From the NCBI GenBank assembly GCA_900088475.1, contig FLMG01002637.1, positions 1 through 64,000 on the forward strand: a stretch of DNA of 64,000 nucleotides. Direction: 5' to 3'. A model generated the notes under the pieces. That model saw only the letters and a list, made by a program, of their open reading frames with translations. It was not told where the DNA came from and searched no databases. This document shows, piece after piece, positions 23,968 through 35,260 of the stretch (positions within the stretch are counted from its first letter, which is position 1; every line of letters starts with the position of its first letter). A program made the translations under genes and the position numbers. Origin of the DNA: Hyphochytrium catenoides (lineage: Eukaryota; Protista; Hyphochytriomycota).

Positions 23968-26769
23968 AGGACTCTTTACCTGTCCTGAAATACCTCTGCA
24001 AGAATGATGTCGTTGAAGAGGAGTCCACGGAGGTGTTAATATAAGTGATGTTTCTTACGTCCCCCTCACAGTGAGGTACTCACCATTTATGGAGAATAGA
24101 CTGAGCTGAAGGATGTTACCGAACGACTTCAAGCCCTTCCTGCGTTCCCACAGACGCTGTCAAGAACATATGTGGGGGAATGTCCACCCGGTTGGAACCC
24201 CTAACTTAAGAGGAAGACGTACTAGTCCCCTGACGTGAGCTCCTGAGAGGCCATTCTCGGTCCACTAGGAGCTACTAAAGCTAAGGACATGGCGCAGCAA
24301 GAATTTTCGTGGAACCTACCCAACAACCTGCCGCTCGGTTTCCTTCTGTGTGTAGGAGGAAGGCACTCCTGTCATACTGACATACTGACGTTTGAAGTCA
24401 CCAACACTTTCTCCATATGGTACTTCTAATAGACCTAGAATGCCGCGGTAGACAATATAATTAGCTGCAATCTAAGGGTTTTTCTAAGTGAAAACGAGAT
24501 GGAATACATCGCGCTCGTCCGCAATGACATCTGTAGCTAATGCTTCAGAGGAAGTATAGCTACGCCGAGAAGTGATGAGGTCTGCGTTGACAAGCTTCAG
24601 CCTGAGTAGCAGTTACCTCAAATATCAGGGAAAGGGAAAGAGAGGCCTTGGATATGGCTTAAGCCTCAGACTTAACGTAACGTGCACTAGAAGGAGCTCG
24701 TTTTGTTGTTGACAATTATCTCTCGTGGAGAGGATATATATTAGGGAGCGGATCGTTTCAAGGAGGAACATGCAGGGTTCTGCTAATGTGCCGTTCTCTG
24801 ATCAACAAAGCTCACCAGAAGCTTGATTGGGCCATCACCCATCCGAGAGGTACCTGGCGTCACCTGGACCCTTTATTAATAGAGTATGTGAATTAAACTA
24901 GAGCTCCTTCTAGAACTGGGTCTGGCTGACCATTTAGCAGTCAGAACTATTGCTGCATACGCAAGGGCATTTAGAAAGGATTACTGGCTCATTAGACAGA
25001 TTAAGAGTGTCATCTTCATGCAAGTAATGTCAAGATTGAACATATGCCTCTGTGGCATCTATGATTCTCTATCATTTCTCCTTGACTCCAGCGCGGCCCC
25101 CGTCGGCGCCCCATCTTAACCAAATTATGATGATCAGCCAGGCACACCGCTCATCCTTAATAGACCATTCCACTCAGAGTGCTGCTGATGTCTGCTATAG
25201 GTGATGTGCGGTTTGGTAGCTTAATGTTGAGCTAGCAGATAAGAACTGACCCGGAGTGCATCAGCACTTATCCGGGCCATCAACCCGCATGGCTCTCCCC
25301 AACTCAAGTTACCCCCTTTGCCTCTCAGCTTCAACGGACAATGAAATGCGTGCCATGATGGTGCCATCACACTGCACAAGAAGCCAGCCTTCCCGAAAAT
25401 TTCTGTCTCCTGCAAGCAATCCACCGTCAACTCTTTCGTATGGTCCCCGCCTCGCCCAATTCTGAACTTATCTAAGGTTACACAGAGTTGGTAGGTCCAC
25501 CGACAGACAGCAGAAGAGAAAGGAATCAATGACCACAATACCCTCGTGAAGAAGAGGCAGCCACAGTCTAACAGAAAGTGCGGGATGGTGGGTAAAGTTC
25601 TTGCTCGCAGCCGGAAGCACGCAATCAGGATGAGCGCCCGTCTGAGTGTTGTTACTTGTCGTAGTAGGGAAAGGAGAGAGGGAGAAGAGAGCGCCAAGCG
25701 AAGAAGAGATCATGATAAGAGCTTGTACTCACTGTGGGCTGTACACGTACAACGTGGTACGGTATATGACCATTTACAGCTACCGCTAAATATAAAAATA
25801 AGGCCTGTACTTATCATACTAACCCTATCCCTAATCCTAAGCTTCTTTCAATTCAATAGAAATGTATGAGGTGTATAAGGCCTTTAGTTGTGCTGCCTGT
25901 CAGTGCCCTTCCCCTGTGATTGGCTGGATCAGTCTTAGGCCCGCTAACACTGGTGACCAGCAATCTTAGTCTAGGATGCCATCATTGTTCTGCTTCTATG
26001 TTGTCAGTTAAAGGCTTTCCTATCACCCAGACTGTGACTACTCAGGAGCCAATCAAAACGCAGAAAACTCTTAGGCTGCGGGTCTCCTGCTCCTCCAAAG
26101 GCATGATCGTAAGCCATAGATACATTTAGGCCTAAGACGTTTATTGTTTCCTGTGTTTAACCCTGGACTGCAGTTCTAGTCTCCATTCTCCCTCTTCCTC
26201 TTGCTCTCTTGACGCAATCCCTCCATGAATAGTAACCCCTTTGTATATTATGCATGTCAATAGAGTGTGATTCCTATTGCTTATGTCAAGCGCCCGACTG
26301 TGCTGTGAGAAAGAGTGCAACAAGACGTTTCTAGGCGGGCGCGTTGGCCTGGCCCAGACTGTGGGCCGCTTAAAGCCAGCTAAACAGAAAGATACAGTGC
26401 ACCCTTGCTCGCACTTGTTCCAATCTCTTCTCCTTCTATGCTTTAGAAGCCCGCTTTTCCCTGCTCTTGCTGATCCCAAAAGGAAGGGAGAGGCACGGCT
26501 CAGTGCAAGGCTAGCACTGGTCCGGTGGCGGCAAAAGCAGGAAGGTTCCAGGCCTTCTTCAGTAATAAGCCGCGGGGGAAATACTAGATCACCGCCTGGT
26601 CACTGCAGCCACATCACAACTTCCACTCTGCAGCGAACCCACAGGCTGCCGTACTCGCAATCACTACAGCGAGTCTCTCCTATCTCTTTCTTCCTTTCCT
26701 TCGCCTGCTCAACATAGCCTAGCGATAGTTTGCCGCGTTCTCAACACACTTCACACAGTTGATAGAACG

Positions 26770-28323
26770 ATGGGCTCAATAAAATCCTTTATCAAAGCTC
26801 TCGGGGCCGCTGTGCTATTGCTCGCATCAGCAGTAGATGCTCGACCTAATGGTGCCCCACGCTGTGCCATTAACCCGGATGCAATCTCTGGAGCTCATCA
26901 GTCCCAACCAGTGGATCTTGGAGCTAAACTGGTGGCCTCCTCTGCGACGTACACTCCTGGGCAGGTTATGGAAGTTACCGTCGAGGGCCCTGCGGAGTGG
27001 AAGGGTCTTCTTTTATATGGCGCCCAGGGCGAAGCAGAAGTCGGTCCTGGCAAAGCCGATGGCCGCAAAGCTCACGTCGGAAAGTTCATGGAGATTCCGC
27101 AGAACTTCAAGGCCCAAGCTGTTGATATCTGCCAGACTGCGGGGATTACCAATGAAGCCGATGGCTCAAACCCGGTAGAAGCCTCAACTATCACTCACGC
27201 AAATGGCCAGGCTAAGGGTGGAAAGGTCGTCTTTAAGTGGCAAGCCCCTGCCAATAATGTGGGACCCGTCAGCATCGTTGGAGCAGTGGCCATGGGTGGC
27301 CCCGGTGGCAAATGGGGTGTTCTGAACCAGATTGTCCTTCAGCCTGCTGGCGGAGCAGCCAATGGTGCAGTGGGAGGTGTGGTCCAACAGACAGGAGCTA
27401 AAGTAGATGTGAATGGGCAAGCAGTCATTGACATCCTGCCTCCAGGCAGCGACTGTGGCTGTGGCTTTGGCAAGGCCACTCAGCAGCAAACTGCAGGGGC
27501 ACAGCAGCCCAACGGAGGTGTTCAGCAAACTACAATGGTCAACGGCCAACAACAGCAGCAGCAAGGCGGGGTGTCAATTCACGGAGCCTTTCAGGCTAAC
27601 ATCCAAGGTCCTTTCAATGGCTCTTTCGAGGAGTGGCTTATCCTCATGTTTGGCACTAGCGATTGGGGAGTCCTAACCCAGCAAGGCGGCGCGGTCGGCA
27701 CTACGGTCCACATTGGGAACTCCATGGGTTCGTCTTCTCAAGGTCCAATCGGCTCCAGCACAGGAATTAGCGCCGGAGGAGTGCAGTCATCTACAACGGC
27801 CGGTACTGCTGGTAATGCACCTCCACAGCAAGACTCTCCGTCCTCGGGCTCTGCCAGCACAGGTATTGCTGGTAATGCACCCTCAAAGCAAGATAGTCCC
27901 TCTTCTTCGGGTTCTTCCGGCTCGCCATCCGCATTACCGAGTGGCCCGGTTCAACAGCAAGGTGCTCCCGCAGGAGAGCCATCTCCATCGGTGAGTGTTC
28001 CAGCCATTCCTGGCGTTGGCGCTGGTGCCAGCCAACAGCAGCAGAGTGTAGAGTTGCCTACAGGAGGGGCAACCTCTGGTGCCTCAGCACCTAGCAGCAA
28101 CGCTCCTAGCAAAGCTTCTGGCGCCCCTGTTGGCTCCGGAGGGGCGTCCGCTCCCGCCGGAAACCCTATTCTTAACGCCGGTGCAGCTCAACAGGCTCCC
28201 GCAGCACCTGCCGGTGGCGCAGGCAATGTTGGAACGGTAGCTGTGAGCGACGACATGATTATCGACTCTAAAGACATCGTAGTGGAGGACACCTCGGGAG
28301 CTGGCAGGCGTCTTCGGCATTAG
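26770..28323 (+). CDS. Secreted Reeler-like domain protein with Gly/Gln/Ser/Pro-rich tail (517 aa)
   Basis: Signal peptide, then Reeler hallmarks RPNGAP-x-C...H, YTPGQ, WKGLLLY, HVGKF, STITH, FKWQAP, GPVSI. Intronless. Confidence 0.85.
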   Translation: MGSIKSFIKALGAAVLLLASAVDARPNGAPRCAINPDAISGAHQSQPVDLGAKLVASSATYTPGQVMEVTVEGPAEWKGLLLYGAQGEAEVGPGKADGRKAHVGKFMEIPQNFKAQAVDICQTAGITNEADGSNPVEASTITHANGQAKGGKVVFKWQAPANNVGPVSIVGAVAMGGPGGKWGVLNQIVLQPAGGAANGAVGGVVQQTGAKVDVNGQAVIDILPPGSDCGCGFGKATQQQTAGAQQPNGGVQQTTMVNGQQQQQQGGVSIHGAFQANIQGPFNGSFEEWLILMFGTSDWGVLTQQGGAVGTTVHIGNSMGSSSQGPIGSSTGISAGGVQSSTTAGTAGNAPPQQDSPSSGSASTGIAGNAPSKQDSPSSSGSSGSPSALPSGPVQQQGAPAGEPSPSVSVPAIPGVGAGASQQQQSVELPTGGATSGASAPSSNAPSKASGAPVGSGGASAPAGNPILNAGAAQQAPAAPAGGAGNVGTVAVSDDMIIDSKDIVVEDTSGAGRRLRH

Positions 28324-29480
28324 GAATCTGTCGTCTTCATTATTACTTTCCTTTCAAGAACGGTCATTCCCTCCTCTAAAATACAAAGTCAAACATCATT
28401 CGTCCCTCAGCTTCCGTTTCGTTCACTGTTTTGCTCATGAGCCTGTTGACGCACTCTACCTCTTTTGATAGCGAGTGATTGCAGTCAACTCCAGGCTTTA
28501 ATAAAGTGAAAAACTGTTAACTATATGCAGAGTTTCTCAATCAGTTCTCCGTTAGAAATAGCATCGTCCTTTCTATTACCTCCATGATACCCTTCGCTTG
28601 CCATCATGCCAATTTCAGTCCGTAACCCACAGCGCTATTTCTCTAAGCCTAACATCTGCGTAACCGCATTTATGATCTTCTAGCTATTTAGGAAGGTCTT
28701 ATTCTCTTCGGAGCCCAAGACCATTCCATCTCCCCTTTACCACTCCTTTCCTCTTCTCTCTCCGTTTGTTACCGAAGTGCAAAAAGAGAATGAAGATGAG
28801 AAATGGACAACCGAAAACGCTTGATTACGTGAGCTCTGAATCATCGTTTGAGAAGAGGGACAGTCCTAAGAACTGTGAGCTCAAAAACAAAATGAAGTGT
28901 TTTCGGAAGCTTACTGTTGACCATTGGAGGGATGTATAGCACCTATCTCTAGCAATCAAAGATTAAAGAAAGATCAACTCATGATAGGAGGACATACATA
29001 GTAGGTGAAGACAGGAGGAAGTACCCGAAAGCGTGAAGAAAGCATTTGGAGTGGTAGTGCAGGGCTGGCGGCAGGACATGCACTATTGCTAAAGTTGAGC
29101 TTCACAATTACATCTTGCCAAGCTATTCTGGATGTGCCACCCGCCAGAATGCGGCAGAGTGTGTCCCAGGGGTAAAGCACTTGCTATTATCGTTGAGCTG
29201 ACATTTACATCTTGCTAAAAGGCACTGTTGACACCGCTGGAGAGAGTCGCTCTTTCGACCACGCCCATAGGCCCATGCGACACATTATGTAAAGCACAGA
29301 AATGGACCATAGGAATAATCAGCAAGGAGATTGTTAACATTGTTTGACCATAGAATCGACAGAAGTAACAGTTCATATTCACCATAATATGTGTGAATGT
29401 AGTAAGTCATAGGATTCTTATTGCTAATAATAATATATAAAGGAGGAAAGGACACGATAGGCCTGCCACCCGCTTGTCTT

Positions 29481-30293
29481 CTACTTGGTCAGCTTGAATG
29501 ACTGCGGTAACACTAGACCCGTATCTTCAGCCAGTTTCATGTGATTCATTACCACGACCACTGCGGCACTGGCAAATTCTCTTACTAGCGGGTTGAGAGT
29601 GGTAGATCGTACCTTTCCAATGAGCGTAAAGACTTTCCCATGCGCGAAGCGGATGTTGTTGGCAAAGGCAACGTCAAAGTCATCACCCATTTTGCCCTGC
29701 ATTTCCGTCAGGAATGCTTGTTGTTCAGCGTTTGGCATGCTGGGCAGGAGAACTCCAAGTTTGTCTGCAAGGCAACGCACTTGCTCGTCCAGGTCGAGAT
29801 GATTCTTCTCAATAGTCTTCGCTGCTGCCTTCACGAGGGCGGAATTGCCGCGCTGCAATGCTTGCTGACTGGCAGGAGCCTCCCAAAGTCCGGCTTGTCT
29901 CACCTTCACGATAAAATCGATGTCGTCAGCGCTGAGGCCCAGAGGATTGGGCTGAAAATTGGTAAGATCTCCACTGGGTGCTGCAGCCCCCGCAGCTCCT
30001 GTGGCAGCAGCGCCGCCGGCAGTAGGCGGGAATGGGGAGAGAACTTGTCCGCTAGGAGGTGGTGGTGCAGCTTGCAGGAACCGTTGGGTGGTGACGGTAC
30101 CATCAACGCTACGTTCAGCAGGCAGAGGATGAGTGAAACCGACTGCCAAAACCACAAGAGTGACGGCGGCCAGCGCCACGCCAGCCACAGTGTAGCGCTT
30201 CGACTTCATCAGTTGTCGGAGCGGCAAGGGCTGTCGCTGTTGCTGAGAAGGTTGGTTATAAGCCAGCTCCAGATCACTGAGGTTATTACTCAT
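29481..30293 (-). CDS. Membrane-anchored DUF4142-like (ferritin-like fold) protein (270 aa)
   Basis: N-terminal TM/signal anchor, Pro/Ala/Gly linker, then DIDFIVKVRQAGLWEAPASQQA...H..LD.QVR.LA.KLGV.LP..PN.EQQ...FD..F.N..R.AHGKVF, which matches the actinobacterial-type DUF4142 pattern as I recall it. Confidence 0.75.
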   Translation of the reverse strand: MSNNLSDLELAYNQPSQQQRQPLPLRQLMKSKRYTVAGVALAAVTLVVLAVGFTHPLPAERSVDGTVTTQRFLQAAPPPPSGQVLSPFPPTAGGAAATGAAGAAAPSGDLTNFQPNPLGLSADDIDFIVKVRQAGLWEAPASQQALQRGNSALVKAAAKTIEKNHLDLDEQVRCLADKLGVLLPSMPNAEQQAFLTEMQGKMGDDFDVAFANNIRFAHGKVFTLIGKVRSTTLNPLVREFASAAVVVVMNHMKLAEDTGLVLPQSFKLTK

Positions 30294-32719
30294 TGTTTTC
30301 TGGGAATGACTGGATCTTAAGAAAGACGAAGTAGGAGGAATCCAATGCCCTTAGCTTTTGCCACGATTAGCTGCCGTGTGGAAGTGGCGAGCTGTAGATG
30401 GCTAGACAGAGAAGGCACGGCGCCAAGAGCTGTTGATTGGGCTCCGACGGAAGAAGAAGAAATGGTCTCCTCTCGTCCCATCCCTGTAGCCGCCCTAATC
30501 AAGAAGTCATGCAAGGCCCTAAGAGCCAGCCGCGGTTATCAACTAAGAACAGCGCAGGTCAAAGCTCAAGAGGAAGGAGAGGAGGCAGAAGGAAGAGACG
30601 AAAGGAGAAAATTTGTAGGGAGACATCGAAAGGCTGAAGGACGAAGAGGAAGAGACTCAGGCAAAGAGTACAGAAAGGCCACGTGCCTTAGGTCACGACA
30701 GTGAAGAGTTGAGGTGAGAAGCTGCTGCGCCTGTAATGCAGAGCACAGCAGGCATCTGTACAAAGGCAAAGAGAGGGGAGGAGGAAGGAGGCAGTAGGGC
30801 AGGACATTCTTTGCTGGTGATGAAGGTTATCCTGTCCGTTTTGTCAATCAGTCATGTAAAGAGAGGACACAGAAGGACAGGGGAGCCTGCAGCTTGATTG
30901 TGGGGTATCTTCACTTCGACGTGTGATGAATGACAAGAGCTACGGTTGGCTATGATAATGTATGGCGGCTAGGCGGCTGGAGTTTGATAGGCGAAGCCCG
31001 TGTTTGTTGAAGCTACCGCTGAAAAGCAATGGGTATTATTAGGGACTGATTTACTTAGGCTTTACTAAGAGGATAATAAGATCTTAGTCTTGGACCATTT
31101 ATTTGGGCGACGAAGCTGGTGGAGGATCAAGTGAATATAAACTTTTTAGGCGCATGGTTTTAGGCGGAACCTTTAGAAGCATCAAGGTTCTAAACCTTTG
31201 TTGCTATGCCACTATTATTAATGGGTAGAAGTACGATGAGCAACTAGGACAGAGAAGGTAATTGCTATATTACTACTTACTAGTGTTATATGATTTATTA
31301 GGCGTTTATCAGAGTGGAAGGCTGTTCTACTGTGAATTCTATTTGTAGAAATATTTGGGAAAGGCCAGGTAGGTTTGTTCCAGAAATGCATGTCACATTA
31401 CCCTGAACTACACCAGCCCTGATGTGTAACCTAGATGGCCCTATCTATTCACTTGACCGAATCTGGCCTCTTCCTCCTCGAACTAATTAGGTAATGGCCT
31501 CATACTACCAAGGTTAGGTTTAGGGCTCGTACAAATGATAAAGTCAGGGAGAACATATATTTAGAACTACTTTAGGGAAATATGACACTTATCATAGATA
31601 AGCAGATAGTGTGCACAGTCGGGTGGTTTGCCGCTTCCCTTTGACCTACCTGGAATCACAGTCGGGCCAACGGTAACCCCTTCCGTTCTGACTTCTTCCT
31701 GCCACTGTCTACCGGCCCATATTCTTCCGAATTTGTTCTGCTGGAATCTCAAATGAATACCCTTTGCCTTTGACTGAACCCATTTGGCAGTAGCTCTAAT
31801 CCTCGGCCGTACTGATCCGCAATACTGTGGAGTACCATGAACCCCTTTCGTGTAATTCCCATTGCTTAGTAAGAGTACATCTTATCTTTGGAACCTATCC
31901 TCCTATCCTAATTGCTGCTTCAACTGGCGCTTTCTGGGTCGTTCGCCGAGACTAAATTTAGGTTCTGGTGAGCTGAACCCAAAACCCTTTCCTAAACACC
32001 TGAGGCCTTCCAAAGGTCTGGCAATTACCAGCCATTATAAATGACAGTCAAACAACTTCATTGCAAAAGACGACGATGTGGCGCGACGTTTGTCGGTTCT
32101 TTCTGGCAAGGGATACTTGTACCACATACTGTTTGCCCTTCAGCTCATAGAAATTCTGTTGCCATTGTTTTCTGGCACATGTCGCCATTAGTCCGTCCGT
32201 TATCTTCTCTCTCATCCCCCACCTCCTCTCCCTTCTCTGTGCCTGACAGTGCACCCAGCCATGATGTCGCTTCTGGTTACGCCTCAGCCTGTGGGCAAAG
32301 TGTTCTGCCAAGATCCCCTAACATCCTGCAGGTAAACGTAGAGTGAGCTAGACTTTATGCTGTCATCTGATCACCACCGACTCCTCCTCCTTCATCCTCT
32401 TCATAGGTGAAGGAAAGCCCTTACTCCTGCTACCTGTAGCAGCAGCTATTTTCCAACGGAGGACAGGACAAAGGTATTTGGACCCGGACAGGCAGTCCCT
32501 GCTCACTTTACCATTTTCTGCAAGGGCGGACAGGGACAACGCCTGAACGCGATCATCATCCTTCACAGATAATCGCAGAAGCGTCGTTTACCACAGACGC
32601 TACTACAAAGCAACTGTCCAACCAACCCCTTCAAGTTTGTTCCTTTGTTGGGCAGTTCTATCTAGGTTAGTGGAAACTCAGGTTGCCGACTGTCCTGAAC
32701 CAGGTCAACGACTCTAAGT

Positions 32720-34234
32720 ATGACAATCACACGCCGTCTGCTTAGCGTTGCTGCAATCCTAGCAGTGCTTACTGCAGCTCCTGCAGCCGGAGCTCAAGAT
32801 ACCTCTTTCTTCAGAGCTCAGAGATCTTTGCAGGAAGTACGCGCACAGGGAAGAGGGGGAGGAGGAGACGGCGGGGACGGCAACACCGGAGGGAATGACG
32901 GAGGAGGAAATGGTGGAGGAGGAAACGACAACAACGGAGGCAATGGTGACAACAATGACAATGGCGGTAATACAGGTGGTGGTGGTGGAGGAGGTAGTAA
33001 TGGCTTTTGCGCGAACACGGGCCTTCAGCTAAGTGATGGAACCCAGATTCGCACTGGAGCGTGCAGTGAGACGGTTCAAGGAGCCATCCCAAGAGTAGAG
33101 AATATGGTATCAACCAGAATCATTGCGCCTGAGAGTGGTGCTGAGATTGAGGTTGGGGAGAGCTTCACGATCTCGGTGAAGACAAGGAACATGGAGCTTG
33201 GATTTTTCAGTGATCCTCAGCAGCAGTACTATGCCTCTCCTCAGAACCTTAACGCTCAAGGCATCATTCAAGGACATCAGCACGTTGTGCTAGAAGAACT
33301 CAATGGTAACGAGAATACTGACCCCACCGCCTTCAAGTTCTTTAAGGGACTTGATGGTCCGCCTCAAGGAGGGGTCTTGAGCACTGTAGTCCCTGGGCTC
33401 CAGAACACGGGACAGCACCGTATCTGTACGATGACCGGAAGTCTCACCCATCAGCCGGTCATCATGCCTGTGGCCCAGCGTGGTAGCCAGGATGATTGTA
33501 TTCGAATCAATGTCGTTGCACGCGGAACGAAGGGTCAAGGAGGCAATAGTAATAATGGGGGAGGGGGTGCTGCCGACGCCCAGCAGGGAGGTAACAATGA
33601 CGGGGGAGCTGATGGCCAACAGCAGGGAGCCAACAATGGAGGCGGACAACAACAACAAGGAGGAAATGATAACGGAGACGGAGGTGACCAGCAGCAAGGC
33701 GGCAACAACAATGACGGTGGAAATAACCTTACTGGGGGCGCCAATAATGGCAATGTGAACGTTGGCGGGCAGCAGGGTGGTCAGACTGGAAGCGGTCAAG
33801 AGGCTGGAGGACAGAATGGAGGCAATAACCAACAGGCAGGAGGTGATACATCCAGTGGCAACAATCTGCAACAAGGCGGAGAACAATCCGGCAACATCAA
33901 TACTGGAGGTCAAGAAGCTGGTGGTGGGCAAGCAGGAGGGCAACAATCAGGTGCTAATAACGGACAGCAGGCTGGAGAAGGCGCTGCAGGCAACAACGGT
34001 GGACTGCAGCAGCAGCAGGGCGGAGAAAATCCTACAGGCAATAGTGGCGGAGGATTGCAGAATGGTGGGCAGGAGCNNNNNNNNNNNNNNNNNNNNNNNN
34101 NNNNNNNNNNNNNNNNNNNNNNNNNNNNNNNNNNNNGAGCTGCTGGTGGGGCCAACAGAAACTTCTCCCGACAACGTACGGGTGGCTTCCAGCGTCAAGG
34201 CGGAGGTTTCCGTGGAGCTCGTGGAGGGCAGTAG
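32720..34234 (+). CDS. Secreted protein of an uncharacterised fungal-type family, flanked by Gly/Asn/Gln-rich regions (spans N gap)
   Basis: Signal peptide. Globular core FCANTGLQLSDGTQIRTGACS...GAIP...NMVST.I..P...YYASPQ.LN..GII.GHQHV...FKFFKG...RICTM....HQPVIMPVAQRGSQDDCIRI. I recall this family from fungi, where members are often mislabelled 'ribosomal protein S17'. Confidence 0.8.
   Translation: MTITRRLLSVAAILAVLTAAPAAGAQDTSFFRAQRSLQEVRAQGRGGGGDGGDGNTGGNDGGGNGGGGNDNNGGNGDNNDNGGNTGGGGGGGSNGFCANTGLQLSDGTQIRTGACSETVQGAIPRVENMVSTRIIAPESGAEIEVGESFTISVKTRNMELGFFSDPQQQYYASPQNLNAQGIIQGHQHVVLEELNGNENTDPTAFKFFKGLDGPPQGGVLSTVVPGLQNTGQHRICTMTGSLTHQPVIMPVAQRGSQDDCIRINVVARGTKGQGGNSNNGGGGAADAQQGGNNDGGADGQQQGANNGGGQQQQGGNDNGDGGDQQQGGNNNDGGNNLTGGANNGNVNVGGQQGGQTGSGQEAGGQNGGNNQQAGGDTSSGNNLQQGGEQSGNINTGGQEAGGGQAGGQQSGANNGQQAGEGAAGNNGGLQQQQGGENPTGNSGGGLQNGGQEXXXXXXXXXXXXXXXXXXXXXAAGGANRNFSRQRTGGFQRQGGGFRGARGGQ
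34077..34136. other. Assembly gap (60 N) inside the Gly/Gln repeat tail
   Basis: Run of N in the sequence. Confidence 0.99.
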
Positions 34235-35214
34235 CCTTGAAGAGTTTTAAAATCTCCTTTAATCTCTCTCCTTTCCTTTTCCAAGTCACTCTTACACCAG
34301 GATTAGATTGAGGTCGCCTGTCCAGTAGATTATAAAAAACATTCATTTTGATAATAGATTATGAGGAATCACACCGACTATGCCTTTTGACAAGTCTGCC
34401 TTCATTACATTGTTCATCTGGAGGTGATCGCCGGCTGCAACTCACCGTTATAGTAGGGTCCCAAGTGAGAGGCAGCTCAGAAGCTTGTAGATGGCAATTG
34501 ACCCTGCAACGGGTACAGCTATACAGTATCCCGCCGCGTGAGTATAAGAGCTCTCGTAAAACCTGACATTTAGTTCTAATGTGAGGCAGGAGGTAGTGAC
34601 GGCAAAAGTAGTGGCAGATAGCACGCTGTGCTGCCAGATGATAGTATTATTCATAGTGGCTCTCAAGCTTAATACTTATAGTGAAGCAAGACAACTATTG
34701 TAGGAAGAGTGCCTCCGTAGCTTTCGTTTGTTGGCTCACCACAGGAACACCCAGAGGTGCTAAGGCAGGACCTCCTTTTCGTCGTAATAGTAAGGAAGAG
34801 AGCAATCGTGATGCACTTTTGTCCTAGCTTATCTCCATCGATCAGCCTCTGCTGAATCTCGCCGTTTGTTGTCTTTCCGTTACGCTTGTCTCACTAATTT
34901 ATGTTTCCTTCTTGACGCAGTACAAAGGCCTCTTATAGCAGTGGGTACGATAGTCTCCTCTACAGCTAGAAGCTTCTTTTTCATAAGCAGTACAAAGGCA
35001 ATAGCACTTGTTGTTTACGGTACCTATGGGTAGAAGCCTCCAATGCACCAACAGACAGCTGCTGCTGAGGAGTGTCGTGAAGGGTAGAGGTATTCAGCTA
35101 CTAGACCATCATCAGTCACTTTTCACCACCTTCCTCACAACGATGATGCCACAGGAACTAAACAGTTTTGGACATTGCAACCCTTGATCCTCCCTTCCGC
35201 ACAACATCCGCCGA

Positions 35215-35260
35215 AGATGTCATTAACTAGGGGAGAGATGTCATTAACTAGGGGAGAGAT
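35215..35260. repeat. 21-bp perfect tandem duplication
   Basis: agatgtcattaactaggggag x2 followed by agat. Confidence 0.95.

Noticed and set aside
29640-30320. 226-aa plus-strand ORF
   Set aside because: Antisense to the DUF4142-like gene, no ATG start, no recognisable features.
32720-34234. Label 'ribosomal protein S17'
   Set aside because: Signal peptide present and no S17 features; that name appears to be a propagated misannotation.
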